In this document: piece by piece, positions 31,205 to 33,474 of the stretch
Position numbering within the stretch: position 1 is the first letter of the stretch
Layout of the letters: every line of letters starts with the position of its first letter
Origin: Octopus bimaculoides
Lineage: Eukaryota
Assembly: GCF_001194135.2 (NCBI RefSeq)
Contig: NC_068991.1
Location: forward strand, 61,710,954 to 61,744,427
Direction of reading: 5' to 3'
DNA length: 33,474 bases
Translations under genes and position numbers: made by a program
The notes under the pieces: model-generated
Databases searched by the model: none
Told to the model about the DNA's origin: nothing
The model's input: only the letters and a program-made list of their open reading frames with translations

Positions 31205-31490
31205 GAGGTGGACAGGTCTTCTCAAGAACCTCATATCGCCAGGCATCTCAGTCTCTTGTCATCTTGTGAAGCTCAACATCCTGAGATTGGTTCTCACTAC
31301 TTCATCCCATGTCTTCCTAGGTCTTCCACTTCCACAGGTGCCATCCACTTTCAGCAGGTGCCACTTAAAAAACTGTAAAAATCCTACCAAAACAGTCACA
31401 AAAGCCTGGTGCAGGCTTCTGCCTGGCCAGCTCTTGTGAAACTGTCCCACCTATGCTAGCATGGAAGGTGGATGTTAAACAATGATGATG
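31205..31490. mobile_element. RTE LINE 3' end with inversion: coding end on minus (31205-31355), tail on plus (31358-31490)
   Basis: Minus: KVDGTCGSGRPRKTWDEVVRTNLRMLSFT..D*DAWRYEVLEKT; plus: gcctggtgcagg..cccacctatgctagcatggaaggtggatgttaaacaatgatgatg. Confidence 0.78.
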
Positions 31491-31491
31491 A

Positions 31492-31535
<44 letters not shown>

Positions 31536-32421
31536 GCACTATTTTAAAGCCTAGCCAGGCTCATGGGCTCAGTTTCCTGGTTTCAATGGCGTACGTTTTA
31601 CCCCAGCTGGATGGGACNNNNNNNNNNNNNNNNNNNNNNNNNNNNNNNNNNNNNNNNNNNNNNNNNNNNNNNNNNNNNNNNNNNNNNNNNNNNNNNNNNN
31701 NNNNNNNNNNNNNNNNNNNNNNNNNNNNNNNNNNNNNNNNNNNNNNNNNNNNNNNNNNNNNNNNNNNNNNNNNNNNNNNNNNNNNNNNNNNNNNNNNNNN
31801 NNNNNNNNNNNNNNNNNNNNNNNNNNNNNNNNNNNNNNNNNNNNNNNNNNNNNNNNNNNNNNNNNNNNNNNNNNNNNNNNNNNNNNNNNNNNNNNNNNNN
31901 NNNNNNNNNNNNNNNNNNNNNNNNNNNNNNNNNNNNNNNNNNNNNNNNNNNNNNNNNNNNNNNNNNNNNNNNNNNNNNNNNNNNNNNNNNNNNNNNNNNN
32001 NNNNNNNNNNNNNNNNNNNNNNNNNNNNNNNNNNNNNNNNNNNNNNNNNNNNNNNNNNNNNNNNNNNNNNNNNNNNNNNNNNNNNNNNNNNNNNNNNNNN
32101 NNNNNNNNNNNNNNNNNNNNNNNNNNNNNNNNNNNNNNNNNNNNNNNNNNNNNNNNNNNNNNNNNNNNNNNNNNNNNNNNNNNNNNNNNNNNNNNNNNNN
32201 NNNNNNNNNNNNNNNNNNNNNNNNNNNNNNNNNNNNNNNNNNNNNNNNNNNNNNNNNNNNNNNNNNNNNNNNNNNNNNNNNNNNNNNNNNNNNNNNNNNN
32301 NNNNNNNNNNNNNNNNNNNNNNNNNNNNNNNNNNNNNNNNNNNNNNNNNNNNNNNNNNNNNNNNNNNNNNNNNNNNNNNNNNNNNNNNNNNNNNNNNNNN
32401 NNNNNNNNNNNNNNNNNNNNN

Positions 32422-32650
32422 GTGTGTTTTTGTGTGCACGTGTGTGTTTGTGTGCTTGTGTATGTGTGTGTGTTTGTGTGTGTGTTTGTGTGTGGATGTG
32501 TGTGTGTGTGCATGTGTGTGTGTGTGTGTGTGTTTTTGTGTGCACGTGTGTGTTTGTGTGCTTGTGTATGTGTGTGTGTTTGTGTGTGTGTTTGTGTGTG
32601 GATGTGTGTGTGTGTGCATGTGTGTGTGTGTGTGTGTGTCTTTGTGTGTT
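32422..32650. repeat. (GT)-rich compound microsatellite with a ~106-bp duplicated block
   Basis: tgcacg anchor at 32435 and 32541, followed by near-identical sequence. Confidence 0.9.
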
Positions 32651-32855
32651 TGTGTTTGTGAGCCACTACTGCTTGACAACCAGTGTCAGTTGTGTTTACA
32701 TCCCTGTGACTTAGCGGTTCAGCAAAAGACTGATGGAGTAAGAACTTGGCTTTAAAAACTGTAATAAGTACTGGGGTCGATTCCTTTGACTAAAAATTCT
32801 TTGAGGCAGTGCCCCAGTATGGCCAAAATCTAATGACTGAAACAACTAAAAGATA
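32640..32855 (+). mobile_element. SINE family B, 3' half
   Basis: gcttgacaaccagtgtcagttgtgtttacatccctgtgacttagcggttcagcaaaagac..gactgaaacaac. Confidence 0.82.
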
Positions 32856-33094
32856 AAAGATAGATAAACCAATAAATAAAAGAGAAGACTAAAAAAAAAC
32901 TAAAAAATACCATGGACCAAAAATCTAATTGGTGTCAGTAGTGGAATTTGAACCCTCACTCTGCTGGTTTGGATACCAACATAACAGAAACTAAATGAAT
33001 GTCAGTGAAGCAGAGAACAAATGGAATAAAATAATAATGGTGATATTTTAGAAATAGGTTTTGATGACATTTACAAACATGTTGTTTATTTTGT

Positions 33095-33474
33095 CAGCAT
33101 GTGTGTGTGTGTGTTTGTTCGTGTGTGTGTGTGTGTGTGCGTGTGTGTTATGTGTGTATGTTTGAATGACTGTATGTCTGTCTCTATGAATGTATGTATA
33201 TGTGTATGTATGTGTATGCATGTGCATGTAATGTATGTATGTATGTGTGCATGCACATGTGTGTGCATGTATGTGTAATGTAATGTATGTATAAATGAAT
33301 GAATGCGTGTATGTATGAATGTATGTGTATGTGTATGTTATGTATAAATATTTCTTTACAGTGTATATGTATATGTGTGTGTATTAATGTGTACGTATGT
33401 GCATGTTATGTATGTATGTATGTGTGCACAGATGTGTGCATGTATGTGTAATATATGTATGTATGTATATATGT
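33095..33474. repeat. (TG)/(TATG)n compound microsatellite to window end
   Basis: Directly visible. Confidence 0.95.

Noticed and set aside
32925-32990. tRNA gene on minus (..gggttcaaattccactactgacacca)
   Set aside because: Only a B-box/T-arm-like piece; acceptor and D stems do not pair; more likely a decayed SINE head. tRNAscan-SE would settle it

Overview
Animal genomic DNA from a gapped draft assembly (11 N-runs, about 4.9 kb, ~15% of the window). It is AT-rich and saturated with microsatellites and decayed transposons. The SINE and LINE repertoire looks like Octopus (inference from recognition, not a search). I find no confident host protein-coding gene, rRNA, true tRNA or CRISPR; the window looks intergenic or intronic. 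All recognisable coding relics are TE fossils: two mariner pieces in opposite orientation, a mariner MITE, a Penelope RT/GIY-YIG fragment, a Chapaev-like (CMC) DDE transposase, four R4/Dong-like RLE-LINE fragments, several RTE-LINE pieces and a probable Tx1/L1 3' end. At least four tRNA-derived SINE families are present, including one young copy with an 11-bp TSD and one head-to-tail trimer. Structure not explained by known TE classes: (1) a 16-unit array at 1534-2110 whose conserved core overlaps STAT/ETS/Rel-type motifs, with G-rich variable spacers and a ~180-190 bp higher-order period; (2) a highly diverged array at 22626-23400 that keeps a 27-bp register; (3) a 14-mer x6 array abutting a CCAAT box and octamer; (4) two RFX X-boxes, one inside a mariner terminus; (5) several unrelated retroelements sitting in (TAA)n tracts with consistent polarity. 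Coordinates were counted by hand, so TE boundaries are approximate.
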